Shown here piece by piece: positions 1 through 9,909 of a DNA stretch of 64,000 nt; positions within the stretch are counted from its first letter, which is position 1, and every line of letters starts with the position of its first letter. Under the pieces are notes generated by a model. That model saw nothing but the letters and a program-made list of their open reading frames with translations, searched no databases and was not told where the DNA came from. The translations under genes and the position numbers were made by a program. The stretch covers positions 416,001 to 480,000 of the forward strand of contig CBDANF010000002.1 in the NCBI GenBank assembly GCA_965197475.1. The letters are read 5' to 3'. Source of the stretch: Candidatus Poribacteria bacterium (GTDB lineage Bacteria > Poribacteria > WGA-4E > WGA-3G).

Positions 1-20
1 GATTAAATGGGGAAGGCAAA

Positions 21-611
21 ATGGAAGAAAGAGAACATAATCAATCCAGAACGGAATTACCATCCGCGCAACAAACACTTCTAACTGCCGAAGCCTTATG
101 GAAACAGGCTGATGATGGTTATCGATATGAATTGGTGAAAGGAGTAATACGTAGAATGCCACCAGCTGGATTTGAACATGGGATAAGAACGGCTGAAATT
201 GGGAGTCTTCTTAACGTACACGTTAAAAAACATAAATTAGGCTATGTTTGTGGTGCTGAAACAGGATTTAAAATTTCTCAAAATCCAGATACCGTGCGCG
301 CGCCAGATGCAGCGTTTGTTTGCCAAGCCGCAATTGATGAACAAGGTATTCCTAAAGGTTATTGGGAAGGTGCGCCTGATTTTGCCGTTGAAGTCATCTC
401 CCTAAGCGATACTTATACTGAGGTAGCGGAAAAGGTAGATGAATGGTTAAATGCGGGTTGTGCAATGGTGTGGGTTGTGAATCCACGCCGCGAAACCGTA
501 GAAGTGTACCGGTCTCCTGAGGATATTACCGTTTTCCGTGGAAATGATATACTTGACGGTGGCGATGTTATTGAAGGGTTTCAATGTCAAGTTCAGGATC
601 TATTTGTGTAA
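21..611 (+). CDS. Uma2 family (PD-(D/E)xK-like) endonuclease
   Basis: YELVKG...PAGFEHG...RAPDAAFV...APDFAVEVIS...VWVVNP pattern typical of Uma2/DUF820. Confidence 0.9.
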   Translation: MEEREHNQSRTELPSAQQTLLTAEALWKQADDGYRYELVKGVIRRMPPAGFEHGIRTAEIGSLLNVHVKKHKLGYVCGAETGFKISQNPDTVRAPDAAFVCQAAIDEQGIPKGYWEGAPDFAVEVISLSDTYTEVAEKVDEWLNAGCAMVWVVNPRRETVEVYRSPEDITVFRGNDILDGGDVIEGFQCQVQDLFV

Positions 612-631
612 GATATAAGAGCGTCGCAATG

Positions 632-2005
632 CTATTCATGAGTCAGCGTATCAGGTGCCTTGTCGGTTTCTTGTTTATAGGCATCTAATTTCCGGTGTAG
701 TGTCCGCACTCCGATACCAAGAATTTTTGCTGCCTCTGTTTTATTTTCCCCTGTTACCTTGAGAGTTTTATAGATAGCCGCCTTTTCAATTTCTGACATT
801 TTCATTCCAACCCTACCGATGGTTTGTTCCTCATCAAGCACAGGTAGATACTCTCTTCGATCCTGTGAACCTTCACGCTGTTCCACCGATGTAATGATTG
901 ATGTAACTTCCTCCTGAGTCAGATTTTCAAGTCCCCTTTGACTAGCTAAAAGCACCTCTGATGCTTTCCTGAAAATTTCTGTTGCGTCGTTTACTTCAGT
1001 AATATGCATCCAACTGTTATCTTCATCGGGAATTTGAGATGGGAACTGATTATTGGAAATAGGATTTGACTTAAGCAAGCTGATTGCAGAAGCGATAAGT
1101 GCTAAGATAATCTTTTGAATGGCTTGACTTTCTATTGCAATCGCTTCGGGAGTCTGATTTGCAACTTGTAAAGATGTTCCTGGCTCATCATTAATTGGAA
1201 CAAGGTATCTGATATGTCCAATTTCTGTATCTATGGGAAAATCTTTAAGTTCAAGTTCCTCGGAAGTTGCTACAATAATAGCGGACTCAACGGCATTTTT
1301 GAGTTGCCGGATATTACCCGGCCAGTCGGCGTTTTCAAGATAGTTGAGTGCTTCAGGCTTTATACCAGTAACGCTTTTATTGTGTTTTGCGCTTAATTCA
1401 GAGATGAACGCATCGACAAAAAGTTGGATATCCTCGCGCCTGTCGCGTAGCTGAGGAATGTGGATCCGAAAGTGGTTCAGTCTATAATAGAGGTCTTGCC
1501 TAAATTTTTTATCCTTGACCGATTTTCCAAGATCAACGTTTGTGGCAGCGATAATTCGGACATCAACTTTAACGCTTTTTTCCCCGCCGAGTCGTGTGAA
1601 TTCTTGTGTTTCTAACACGCGAAGAAATTTTACCTGCACTTCGGGAGACATTTCACTTATCTCATCAAGGAACAGTGTGCCGCCATCTGCAAGTTCAAAC
1701 ACACCGCGGCGTTGGCTCGTAGCACCGGTAAAAGCTCCCTTCTCATGTCCAAAGAGTTCACTTTGCAGGAGGTCTTGGTAAAGCACACCGCAGTTGACTG
1801 CTTTGAAGAGTCGGTTTTTACGGGGGCTATTTTCGTGGATAGTCTGCGCGATAACCTCTTTTCCTACACCTGTTTCCCCTGTGATGAGGACAGTCGCGCT
1901 TGTTGGCGCGACCTGCTGAACTTTGCGCCAAACTACCCGCATCGCTTCGGATTCACCGATAATAGGGTATGCATTTGGATCGGTAAGAGGTGTTGGAAGA
2001 TTCAT
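632..2005 (-). CDS. Sigma54-dependent transcriptional activator (AAA+ and Fis-type HTH), no N-terminal receiver/sensor domain
   Basis: GETGVGKE Walker A, GAFTGA loop, LFLDEI, WPGNIRQL, C-terminal NKTEAAKILGIGVRTLHRKL; start placed at MNLPT behind a GGAG RBS. Confidence 0.92.
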   Translation of the reverse strand: MNLPTPLTDPNAYPIIGESEAMRVVWRKVQQVAPTSATVLITGETGVGKEVIAQTIHENSPRKNRLFKAVNCGVLYQDLLQSELFGHEKGAFTGATSQRRGVFELADGGTLFLDEISEMSPEVQVKFLRVLETQEFTRLGGEKSVKVDVRIIAATNVDLGKSVKDKKFRQDLYYRLNHFRIHIPQLRDRREDIQLFVDAFISELSAKHNKSVTGIKPEALNYLENADWPGNIRQLKNAVESAIIVATSEELELKDFPIDTEIGHIRYLVPINDEPGTSLQVANQTPEAIAIESQAIQKIILALIASAISLLKSNPISNNQFPSQIPDEDNSWMHITEVNDATEIFRKASEVLLASQRGLENLTQEEVTSIITSVEQREGSQDRREYLPVLDEEQTIGRVGMKMSEIEKAAIYKTLKVTGENKTEAAKILGIGVRTLHRKLDAYKQETDKAPDTLTHE

Positions 2006-2039
2006 TTTGTCTCCCTGAAAACCTTGAGATAGGTTTCGC

Positions 2040-2660
2040 TTAACTATTTTGTCGGACAATTTCAAGGATAAGTTGCGGATTATTCTTTACTTCTTCAAAC
2101 ACCTCAAAACCTTGCTTACATGCAGCTTCACACAATTTTTTGAATACGATCCCCTTCAGAGCTGTAAAGTTGGTGTCTAGCGCATGTCTTAAAGATTCTC
2201 CTGCTGGAACAAAATGGGTATTCGGCAGATCAAGTTCAAGTATCATTTTTCTGTGAGTGTCACCAAGAAGGAAAATCTGAGTGACTGAGTCTGCAACTTG
2301 AAAAGGGAGTTGTAGCACTTGGACATATTTCTTCCCCAATAAAAAGAAAACAAGATCGTAATCAACGATCAAAGTCTCTACATGTTCATAGATATGAAGA
2401 TTATTACTGCGTTCTAAAAGATCACCAGTGTTAAGACCTGAAAATGTGACGTTGTAAGGAGCAATAACTTTATTTTCACTTAGCAGACCATACTTCGCTG
2501 AAATAATCGCTAAATCGATAGTTGACTTCCCATAACATGTACGAAGTTGTTTTAATCCTTCCATCAGGCGTTGATGCTGCTGACCTGTATACATCTCTGA
2601 AGCTGGTGCTTTGTAATCCCGCTTCCTGCTAGTGCAGGAGGTAATAACTAATGTCTTCAC
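2040..2660 (-). CDS. DUF6884/YaaA-like protein (resembles the N-terminal domain of long DpdA-type proteins)
   Basis: LVITSCTSRK...PASEMYTG...IISAKYGLL...PYNVTF motifs; family recalled, not searched. Confidence 0.55.
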   Translation of the reverse strand: MKTLVITSCTSRKRDYKAPASEMYTGQQHQRLMEGLKQLRTCYGKSTIDLAIISAKYGLLSENKVIAPYNVTFSGLNTGDLLERSNNLHIYEHVETLIVDYDLVFFLLGKKYVQVLQLPFQVADSVTQIFLLGDTHRKMILELDLPNTHFVPAGESLRHALDTNFTALKGIVFKKLCEAACKQGFEVFEEVKNNPQLILEIVRQNS

Positions 2661-2675
2661 GGAACGAACTCCTCG

Positions 2676-3419
2676 TCAATTATTTTTTACAATTTCAATC
2701 AACCGCTGCGGATCCTGTTTTACATCTTCAAACACCTGGAAACCTTGACTACATGCAGCTTCACACAATCTTCTGAGCACAACACCTTTGAGTGCCCAAT
2801 TGGTGGTGCGGAGACCTTTCTGCAAATCCCTGCCAGTTTCAACAACGTGGACATTCGGTAAGTCTTCATTGACCGCCCGTCTTTGACTTTTTGGTAGCAG
2901 GAAAACCAGTGTCGTTGAACGTTCTACTGCAAAAACGCGTTGCAATGATTCTATATCGTCTTGCCTCAATAACGAAAAAACGAGGTCGTAACTTTCCAAC
3001 AAATTTACCGTCCGTTCAGGTACTCCACTCTCACCGAATTCTAAAACCTCAAGTTCATGAAGGGGAGCAGTGTCAAAAGGAACGATAACGTCCTTCTCGT
3101 CAACTGGATCCTTTTTTCCGTCAACACGACAATAATACCACGGAAAATATAGGTCAATAGTTGTCTTACCGTCCTGCTCGTGTTCCCGAATCTGTTTTAA
3201 GCCCTCGCGTAATTGAACATACAAAGGTCCGGTAAACATTTCCCCAGCGGGTAGGCGGTAGTCTCTACTTTTATCGTACCATCCCTCTTCATTGAAACCA
3301 CATAGTTCTTTTATTCGCGACTTAAGGCGGTCTGGTGAACTACAATCTTCAGCACTGAGCGGGTTATCAAGCTTATGTTTTTGCCCCGTTGTGTAGGAAT
3401 TAAAAATCAATATTTTCAC
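2676..3419 (-). CDS. Diverged tandem paralog of 2040..2660
   Basis: Shares PAGEMFTG, EGLKQ, TIDL, YDLVF and ALKGVV..LCEAAC.QGF.VFE.VK..PQ..EIV with its neighbour. Confidence 0.6.
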   Translation of the reverse strand: MKILIFNSYTTGQKHKLDNPLSAEDCSSPDRLKSRIKELCGFNEEGWYDKSRDYRLPAGEMFTGPLYVQLREGLKQIREHEQDGKTTIDLYFPWYYCRVDGKKDPVDEKDVIVPFDTAPLHELEVLEFGESGVPERTVNLLESYDLVFSLLRQDDIESLQRVFAVERSTTLVFLLPKSQRRAVNEDLPNVHVVETGRDLQKGLRTTNWALKGVVLRRLCEAACSQGFQVFEDVKQDPQRLIEIVKNN

Positions 3420-3423
3420 AAGA

Positions 3424-4590
3424 CTACGCTCCCGTTTTTTGCTCCCTTCGCTGCCATATATACAGAATCGGACTGGCGATGAAGACTGAAGAATACGTTC
3501 CTATTAACACACCGACAATGAGGGCTAAGGCAAATGTATTAATTTCTTCCCCAGAGTTGGATAGCACGAAGATGACTGCAACAACAAAAAGGGTTGTTAT
3601 AGAGGTAATAACGGTTCGACTCAGTGATTGATTGATACTTCGGTTTAGTACTTCAACATAGTCGGTGCCGCGCAAAGACACTCCGTTTTCTCGGATACGG
3701 TCAAACACGACGATTGTGTCGTTGAGCGAATACCCGATAATTGTAAGGAATGCAGCGACGGTAGGTAAATTAATTTCCTTTGATAGTAGTGCGAAAAGAC
3801 CTAAGGTGATAAGCACATCGTGGATAAGTGCTGCAATTGCACCGATTGCAAAACGGAATTCAAACCGCCAAGAGATGTAGACCAGTAAAATGGCAATTGA
3901 CGAGAGCACAGACCAGAGTGCCGACCATTTGAGATCACGTCCAACGCTGGGTCCCACTTCAGTAACATTTACACTATCGGAGACAGCTTTCCAACCGTCT
4001 CCTCCTTCCAGAAGGGCATCTGTGAGAATACTGCCGACGCTCGCTTGTATTTGAATGGTAGCGTTTTCTGTCAAATCTATCCCGAATTCTTGTGCGAAAG
4101 TCAGTTGAAGTGCTGTGCCTTCAGCAATAGGTTCCAGATCCCTAATCTCGTTACGCCGTTGTACATCGCCATCAATCAATTCAACCGTATCACCAGATTT
4201 CAAAAGATGCACTTTTTCAGCGGTACTACTCACTTGAAGACTTGTGGCAGTCGCATCACCGGGGTCAACCATAATGGGTATATTAATCGACTGTTCCTGA
4301 AATTCGGGGCGATGTCCCATAGAGATGAATGCTTTGTTTTCATTCGGTTCAAGCTGGATTTTGGCATCTTCGTAGCCTAATTCAGTCAACTTAGCTTTCA
4401 GCTCGGCTTCTGTTACCGCCCTGTCAAATTTCGCTTCAACCTTAACACCTCCTCGGAAGTCGATTCCGAAATTCGGTCCTCCATGGACTATGAGGAAAAT
4501 GATGCCGATAGCGATCAAAACAGCAGAGAACAAAAACCCAGTGCGATGTTTATTGATAAAATCAAAATTTGAATCTATTAGTAGTTGCAA
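3424..4590 (-). CDS. secF: Protein translocase subunit SecF
   Basis: GIDFRGG, HDVLIT, IGYSLNDTIVVFDRIREN, GTYSSVFIA. Confidence 0.97.
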   Translation of the reverse strand: MQLLIDSNFDFINKHRTGFLFSAVLIAIGIIFLIVHGGPNFGIDFRGGVKVEAKFDRAVTEAELKAKLTELGYEDAKIQLEPNENKAFISMGHRPEFQEQSINIPIMVDPGDATATSLQVSSTAEKVHLLKSGDTVELIDGDVQRRNEIRDLEPIAEGTALQLTFAQEFGIDLTENATIQIQASVGSILTDALLEGGDGWKAVSDSVNVTEVGPSVGRDLKWSALWSVLSSIAILLVYISWRFEFRFAIGAIAALIHDVLITLGLFALLSKEINLPTVAAFLTIIGYSLNDTIVVFDRIRENGVSLRGTDYVEVLNRSINQSLSRTVITSITTLFVVAVIFVLSNSGEEINTFALALIVGVLIGTYSSVFIASPILYIWQRREQKTGA

Positions 4591-4708
4591 TTTTATATCC
4601 TTTCCAAATTCACTTTGGCCGATAGTAAATCAGTAGGTTTCATATTGGGCAGTCTTAGGTATGTATGATTTTAGGTGCCGCTTACGATGCGGAACTGATT
4701 CCTACAAA

Positions 4709-6658
4709 TTAGATGCTTAATTTTTTCACATCCCGATTCCCGATCGTCAATCCGTATATTTCACGTGTGACAACAATTGCTGTGAACATACTTGCAAGGA
4801 TACCGATACCGAGCGTTATTGCAAACCCTTTGATTGGTCCAGTGCCGAAATGATAGAGAACAAGGGCAGTAAAAAATGTTGTGAGGTTAGCGTCCAAAAT
4901 TGTTACAAATGCGCGTTGGTAACCGCTCGTAATAGCAGTCCAGACATTTTTTCCGGTTCGCAATTCCTCGCGAATACGTTCAAAGATGAGAACATTTGCA
5001 TCAACAGACATCCCGATAGTGAGTACAAGTCCGGCGATACCGGGGAGTGTCAATGCTGCACCGAACCCTGCCAAGGCACCCAGAATAATAACCATATTAA
5101 AGACGAGCGCGACAATGGCGACTAACCCAGATAACCGATAGTAAAATATCATGAAGAGTAACACACCGATAAGTCCGATAAGTGCGGCTTTTATTCCGTT
5201 ATCAATAGATTCTTTACCGAGAGTAGGACCAACAGTACGTTCTTCACCAACCTGTACACCTACAGGGAAAGCCCCTGCATTCAAGATATTTGAGAGATAG
5301 TTTGCCTCCTCAAAATTGAAGTTTCCCTCAATAATAGCACTACCTCTAATTTGGGTGTTGATTACTGGTGCAGATTGCACCTTATCATCAAGCAGAATTG
5401 CCAAATGTTCCCCGATATGATCGCCAGTGATTTTGGCAAATTTGCTGCTACCTTCCCGATCAAAATCCATCTGAACGACGATGTCAAAACTGGTACTTCC
5501 GCTTGCTGGTCTTGCATCATCAATATTATGACCTGTTAAGAGGACAGGACTTTCTAAAACATACCAGTTCCCTGTTTCATAATGATAACGAATTTCACTA
5601 TTTTCAGGGAGATTATCTGGAGGGGGTGTATTTGCTGAACCGGACCACAAACTACCACCTGTGGGGGATTTCTTTACCATCTTAAATTCTAAACGTCCCA
5701 TTGTTTGCACAATACGAAGCGGGCCTGAGGAATCCTTCGCCCCTGGCAATTCAACGATAATTCTCGGTCGATTTGCCTCCTGTCGGATGGATGGCTCCGA
5801 GACTCCAAAAGCATCAACGCGGTTTCGCAAGACGATTAATACCTGTTCAATCGCCTTATTGCTGTATTCTTGCATTCCTTGATCAGTTAAGCGGAGTCGA
5901 TAACTGGATTGTGTCTCTTTCTCGGAAACAACCTCTGCATCCTCGAAAAAATCTATACCGTTCAAAAGATTGACCGCTTTATCCAAATACTTCTTTTTTT
6001 CAGCTGGATCGGATCTGAATCGAGAAGGAATTTCCACAAGCACGTTTAATGCATCTTCACCACTAACTTGTTCCGCTTGTCGACATAAAATCTGATCAGC
6101 TTTAAGCCTTTCGGGAATAGAATATGAATTTGTTTTTAGCAACTCTCTTTTTGACTTCTCCAAATCAACTTCAAGGACAAGGTGAACACCGCCTTTCAAA
6201 TCCAAACCTAACTTTAATCGGTTTTCGGGCATGATTCTTCTTAACATCTTTGGGATACTACCGTATAGATGTAAATTCTCCAAGGTTGCAGTTGGATTTT
6301 CTTTTGCTTTGTCGGATATCAACCTGACATAAAATTCCCGTGCTTCAGTGGTATCAAACTCATAGTCAACTGTTTCTTCAAATCCGAGTGTCTTTAAATG
6401 GACTCTGAAGACATCTTTAAGTTCAGTAGTTGCTTGTTGGAAGTTATAACCCTCGGGATATTCCACGTCCGCTAAGCTTACCTTAAAAGTGTTTCCTTCA
6501 CTAACTTCAAAGGGAGGAAGTGTCTCTTGCAGTTCCCGCGGTAGATTTCCATACAATGGAAAGTATAGACTATCCGGCGTAGGAATAAGGTATAAAACTG
6601 ATAACAGCAAAACGCCAATTATTAAAACAATTTTCCAGATATTAAATCTGTACATCAA
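4709..6658 (-). CDS. secD: Protein translocase subunit SecD
   Basis: LGLDLKGG, RVDAFGVSEP, LTLPGIAG..IGMSVDANVLIFERIREE, GTGPIKGFA. Confidence 0.97.
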   Translation of the reverse strand: MMYRFNIWKIVLIIGVLLLSVLYLIPTPDSLYFPLYGNLPRELQETLPPFEVSEGNTFKVSLADVEYPEGYNFQQATTELKDVFRVHLKTLGFEETVDYEFDTTEAREFYVRLISDKAKENPTATLENLHLYGSIPKMLRRIMPENRLKLGLDLKGGVHLVLEVDLEKSKRELLKTNSYSIPERLKADQILCRQAEQVSGEDALNVLVEIPSRFRSDPAEKKKYLDKAVNLLNGIDFFEDAEVVSEKETQSSYRLRLTDQGMQEYSNKAIEQVLIVLRNRVDAFGVSEPSIRQEANRPRIIVELPGAKDSSGPLRIVQTMGRLEFKMVKKSPTGGSLWSGSANTPPPDNLPENSEIRYHYETGNWYVLESPVLLTGHNIDDARPASGSTSFDIVVQMDFDREGSSKFAKITGDHIGEHLAILLDDKVQSAPVINTQIRGSAIIEGNFNFEEANYLSNILNAGAFPVGVQVGEERTVGPTLGKESIDNGIKAALIGLIGVLLFMIFYYRLSGLVAIVALVFNMVIILGALAGFGAALTLPGIAGLVLTIGMSVDANVLIFERIREELRTGKNVWTAITSGYQRAFVTILDANLTTFFTALVLYHFGTGPIKGFAITLGIGILASMFTAIVVTREIYGLTIGNRDVKKLSI

Positions 6659-6916
6659 ATGCTCCTATCTTTTAGAAACTAAATTACGGATGATAGAATT
6701 AGGTAGATTGAAATAAATCTTAATATGTGTTGCTTGTTTGCTCTCAAACTATACACCCTTGTCACTGGACAAAAGGATAAAAGGATTAACGATTCAATCA
6801 ACTTGGCCAATTTTCATCCGTAAATTCCTATTAATCATGTGCATCCGAACAATAGGGTTGTATAGAAATGTATTTTAAATCCTACCAATTATCGAATTTT
6901 TAGAGAATAATTTAGG

Positions 6917-6989
6917 TGCGCCTGGGAGGAATCGAACCCCCGACACGAGGCTTAGGAAGCCCCTGCTCTATCCCCTGAGCTACAGGCGC
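6917..6989 (-). tRNA. tRNA-Arg (anticodon CCT)
   Basis: Reverse complement GCGCCTGTAGCTCAGGGGATAGAGCAGGGGCTTCCTAAGCCTCGTGTCGGGGGTTCGATTCCTCCCAGGCGCA gives a full cloverleaf with GGTTCGA T-loop; followed by CCT, not CCA. Confidence 0.96.
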
Positions 6990-7080
6990 GTTTACCTACC
7001 GCCATAAAAACCCGGTTCAAGGTTCAATCTGTTGCTCTGTCTGTTGATTTTCGCAAATTGAGATTAAAACAAAGTATTTG

Positions 7081-7595
7081 CTAAAATTCAACGAGAGAAA
7101 AGATCGGTTGATTCACTACTTTTTTCCGCCCCTCAAATTCCGTAAGTTCTAATAAAAGGGCAATACCTACTATATTCCCACCAAGTATTTTAACGAGTTC
7201 AACCGATGCAGCGAGAGTTCCACCGGTAGCCAAGACATCATCACATATAAGCACGCGACCCCCATCGGGAAAGCGTCCTGATGAATAGCAAGTGAACCGT
7301 TGCCGTATTCAAGGTTGTAGTCTGCTTCATAGGTGTCATACGGCAGCTTCCCGCTTTTACGGATAGGAACAAAACCAATGTCAAGCCGATGTGCAAGGGC
7401 TGCAGCCAGAATGAAACCTCGAGCATCAATTCCGACGATTACGTCAATCATCTCAGATTTATAACGGTTCGCGAAAACCTCAATTGCGGCATTAAAGGCT
7501 GCCCCATTTCCTAAAAGGGGAGTTATATCCTTGAATGAGACTCCTTGTTTGGGGAAGTTCGGTATGTCTCGAATAAATTTTGAAAAATCGCTCAT
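7081..7595 (-). pseudogene. apt: Adenine phosphoribosyltransferase with a single-base frameshift near 7265 (probably a sequencing error)
   Basis: IRDIPNFPKQGVSFKDITPL, DARGF, RKSGKLP, LEYG; the alternative frame continues RVLICDDVLATGGT...IFSLVEF to a stop at 7081. Confidence 0.9.
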
Positions 7596-7746
7596 ACGTT
7601 TACTTTTAACCTTTTTACGAGTGGGATTACCGGATCCTCGTAAAGTAATGGCGAATCAATGGACAGTTGTTTTGTTCGATTTGAAAATCGCTACAACTGA
7701 ATAATTTGTCATTTTTCATTGCGCCTGTAATCTGGTCTGGATCATC

Positions 7747-8799
7747 TTATGGAGCCGCTGCATGAGGATGAATCATAATCTTCATCCCTTTTCGGGATTC
7801 CATAGCCTCAAAAGCTTTGTCAATTTCAACAAGTGGAAAATGATGGGTGATGAGCGGTTGTACGCGAACTAAACCTTTTTCAAGGAGGCGCACTGCCAAT
7901 TCGTGGTGGCGGGGAACACACCCGTGGGAACCGGTAACGAAACACTCTTTATAGTGGATCGTATTAGAAAGAATGCTCATCGGACGCATAGTTTTTGGCA
8001 ATCCACCGAATAGGTTGACATAACCACGGTGTGCGACCATTTCAACACCCTGTTCATGTGCTTCAACGGAACCACAAGTCGTTATAACGATATCTGGTCC
8101 TTCACCATCTGTTTCTTCTCGGCAGCGTTCCACCACATCCTCCTCTTCGGAGGCGATATATGCATCCGCTTCATAGAATTTTGCTATTTCCATCCGCAGT
8201 CGGCTTCGTTGAATGCCAATAACTTTCGTCGCGCCCATGACGCGGGCGAGGTCAATCATCATACATCCGATCGGTCCCAAACCGATAATCACGACACTCT
8301 TTCCGAGAGACATATTTACTAATTCAAGACCGTTGATGGCACATGCCAGGGGTTCAGCGAGGGCAGCTTCATCAAAACTGAGACTGGTGCCAAATGTTGT
8401 AACAGGCCCCTCTTCCAAAACGAGGCGAGGGAGCTTCATATATTGTGCAAATGCGCCGGGGATCTGGTAACCGATAGCGTAGTTAATATCACAGTTGTTT
8501 CCAAGCCCGTTCCGACACCAATGACATTGCCCACACGGAACATCCGCACCGATGGAGACGCGATCGCCTTCCTTCACACGGGTCACGTTTTTACCGACTT
8601 TGACAATCACGCCTGAATTTTCGTGACCGATAATCGTTGGTGGTTTGACTCGGGGATTGCCATGATGGAAAATACGGACATCGGAACCGCATATACTGAC
8701 CGCTTCAATTCGCATCAATGCGGAGTCGTTATCAATTTCCGGTTCTGGAACATCTTGAACATTTAAATTTTCAAGGCTTTCAAGTATAGCCGCTTTCAT
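7747..8799 (-). CDS. Zinc-dependent alcohol/polyol dehydrogenase (L-iditol 2-dehydrogenase-like)
   Basis: ICGSD, GHE, CGQCHWC...C zinc site, GLGPIG NAD motif. Confidence 0.9.
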   Translation of the reverse strand: MKAAILESLENLNVQDVPEPEIDNDSALMRIEAVSICGSDVRIFHHGNPRVKPPTIIGHENSGVIVKVGKNVTRVKEGDRVSIGADVPCGQCHWCRNGLGNNCDINYAIGYQIPGAFAQYMKLPRLVLEEGPVTTFGTSLSFDEAALAEPLACAINGLELVNMSLGKSVVIIGLGPIGCMMIDLARVMGATKVIGIQRSRLRMEIAKFYEADAYIASEEEDVVERCREETDGEGPDIVITTCGSVEAHEQGVEMVAHRGYVNLFGGLPKTMRPMSILSNTIHYKECFVTGSHGCVPRHHELAVRLLEKGLVRVQPLITHHFPLVEIDKAFEAMESRKGMKIMIHPHAAAP

Positions 8800-8841
8800 A
8801 TTTCCCCTTGTTATCCGTAGGTGCGTAATTCTATCAGAAGT

Positions 8842-9909
8842 TTACGATGGATGAATAAGCACTTTTGCGTAAAATTCGCTTTTGTCCTTCATCATGTGTA
8901 GTACTTTGGTACTATCTGTCAACGGGACTTTGTGTGTAATCAACGGAGAGAGGTCCAACTTGCCAGAAGCCATTGCTTGTAACACTGTTCGCCAATCGTC
9001 GTCATTACCAGATACGCTATAATCGGAATTCCATGTGCCTAAAATGCTGACCTCGCGCCGCATCAACTGTGAAATAAGCGATGCGGGCAGCGTAATATCT
9101 GCCGCGGGGTTTCCAAGCAACACAACACTACCACCACGTCGGACACTCCCTAACGCATAGAGATATGTTTGTGGCACCCCTGCTGCTTCAATACAGACGT
9201 GTGCTCCCTTTCCTTCAGTTTGCGCGCTTACGACGTCAACAGGGTCATCTACTGCACTGTTAAAGACACTTTCAAAACCGAGACGTTGTGCTAATTCAAG
9301 TTTTTCTGCGACAATATCAAACAGCAGAACCTGCGTTGATCCCATTATCCTTGCCCACTGTGCTACCATTAACCCGATCGGACCAGCACCGAAGATTGCG
9401 ACTGTTTTACCGACAAGTGAGTCTTGAACCCTACGAAGCGTATGAAGTGCTACAGCTGCGGGTTCCGTCTGCGCTGCCTCTTCCAAAGTTACACCGTTTG
9501 GCACACGAATAATGTTCTCTTTCGGTGCGACAACATATTCGGCAAAAGCCCCATCACTTCGTGAACCGAGGTAATCGTAGTTGCTGCATTGGACATATTT
9601 CCCGTTCTCACACGCAGCACACTCTCCACACCAGATAAGTGGAAAAACAACGACCTTATCTCCTTGTTCAAATTCGTCAACTCCAGGACCGCATTGGTCT
9701 ACAGTTCCAGCAAATTCGTGTCCGCAGACTGTGGGGAAACTGTACGTGCCTTTGGCAAAAATCCTTGGGATGTCGGAACCACACACACCACAAAAACCGA
9801 TTCGGACACGGACTTGGCCTTCAGAGACGTTTGGGATGGGCATCTGTGCTAACCGTAAATCCCCAATGTCGTGTAGCACAAGTGCCTCCATCAAACCATC
9901 TTGCATCAC
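8842..9909 (-). CDS. Zinc-dependent dehydrogenase, galactitol-1-phosphate 5-dehydrogenase-like
   Basis: VCGSDIPR, GHEFAG, CGECAAC..C, YLGSRSDGAFAEY, GTWNS. Confidence 0.85.
   Translation of the reverse strand: MMQDGLMEALVLHDIGDLRLAQMPIPNVSEGQVRVRIGFCGVCGSDIPRIFAKGTYSFPTVCGHEFAGTVDQCGPGVDEFEQGDKVVVFPLIWCGECAACENGKYVQCSNYDYLGSRSDGAFAEYVVAPKENIIRVPNGVTLEEAAQTEPAAVALHTLRRVQDSLVGKTVAIFGAGPIGLMVAQWARIMGSTQVLLFDIVAEKLELAQRLGFESVFNSAVDDPVDVVSAQTEGKGAHVCIEAAGVPQTYLYALGSVRRGGSVVLLGNPAADITLPASLISQLMRREVSILGTWNSDYSVSGNDDDWRTVLQAMASGKLDLSPLITHKVPLTDSTKVLHMMKDKSEFYAKVLIHPS

Noticed and set aside
6917-6989. tRNA as an attachment site for an integrated element
   Set aside because: No integrase and no duplicated tRNA 3' end seen in the window
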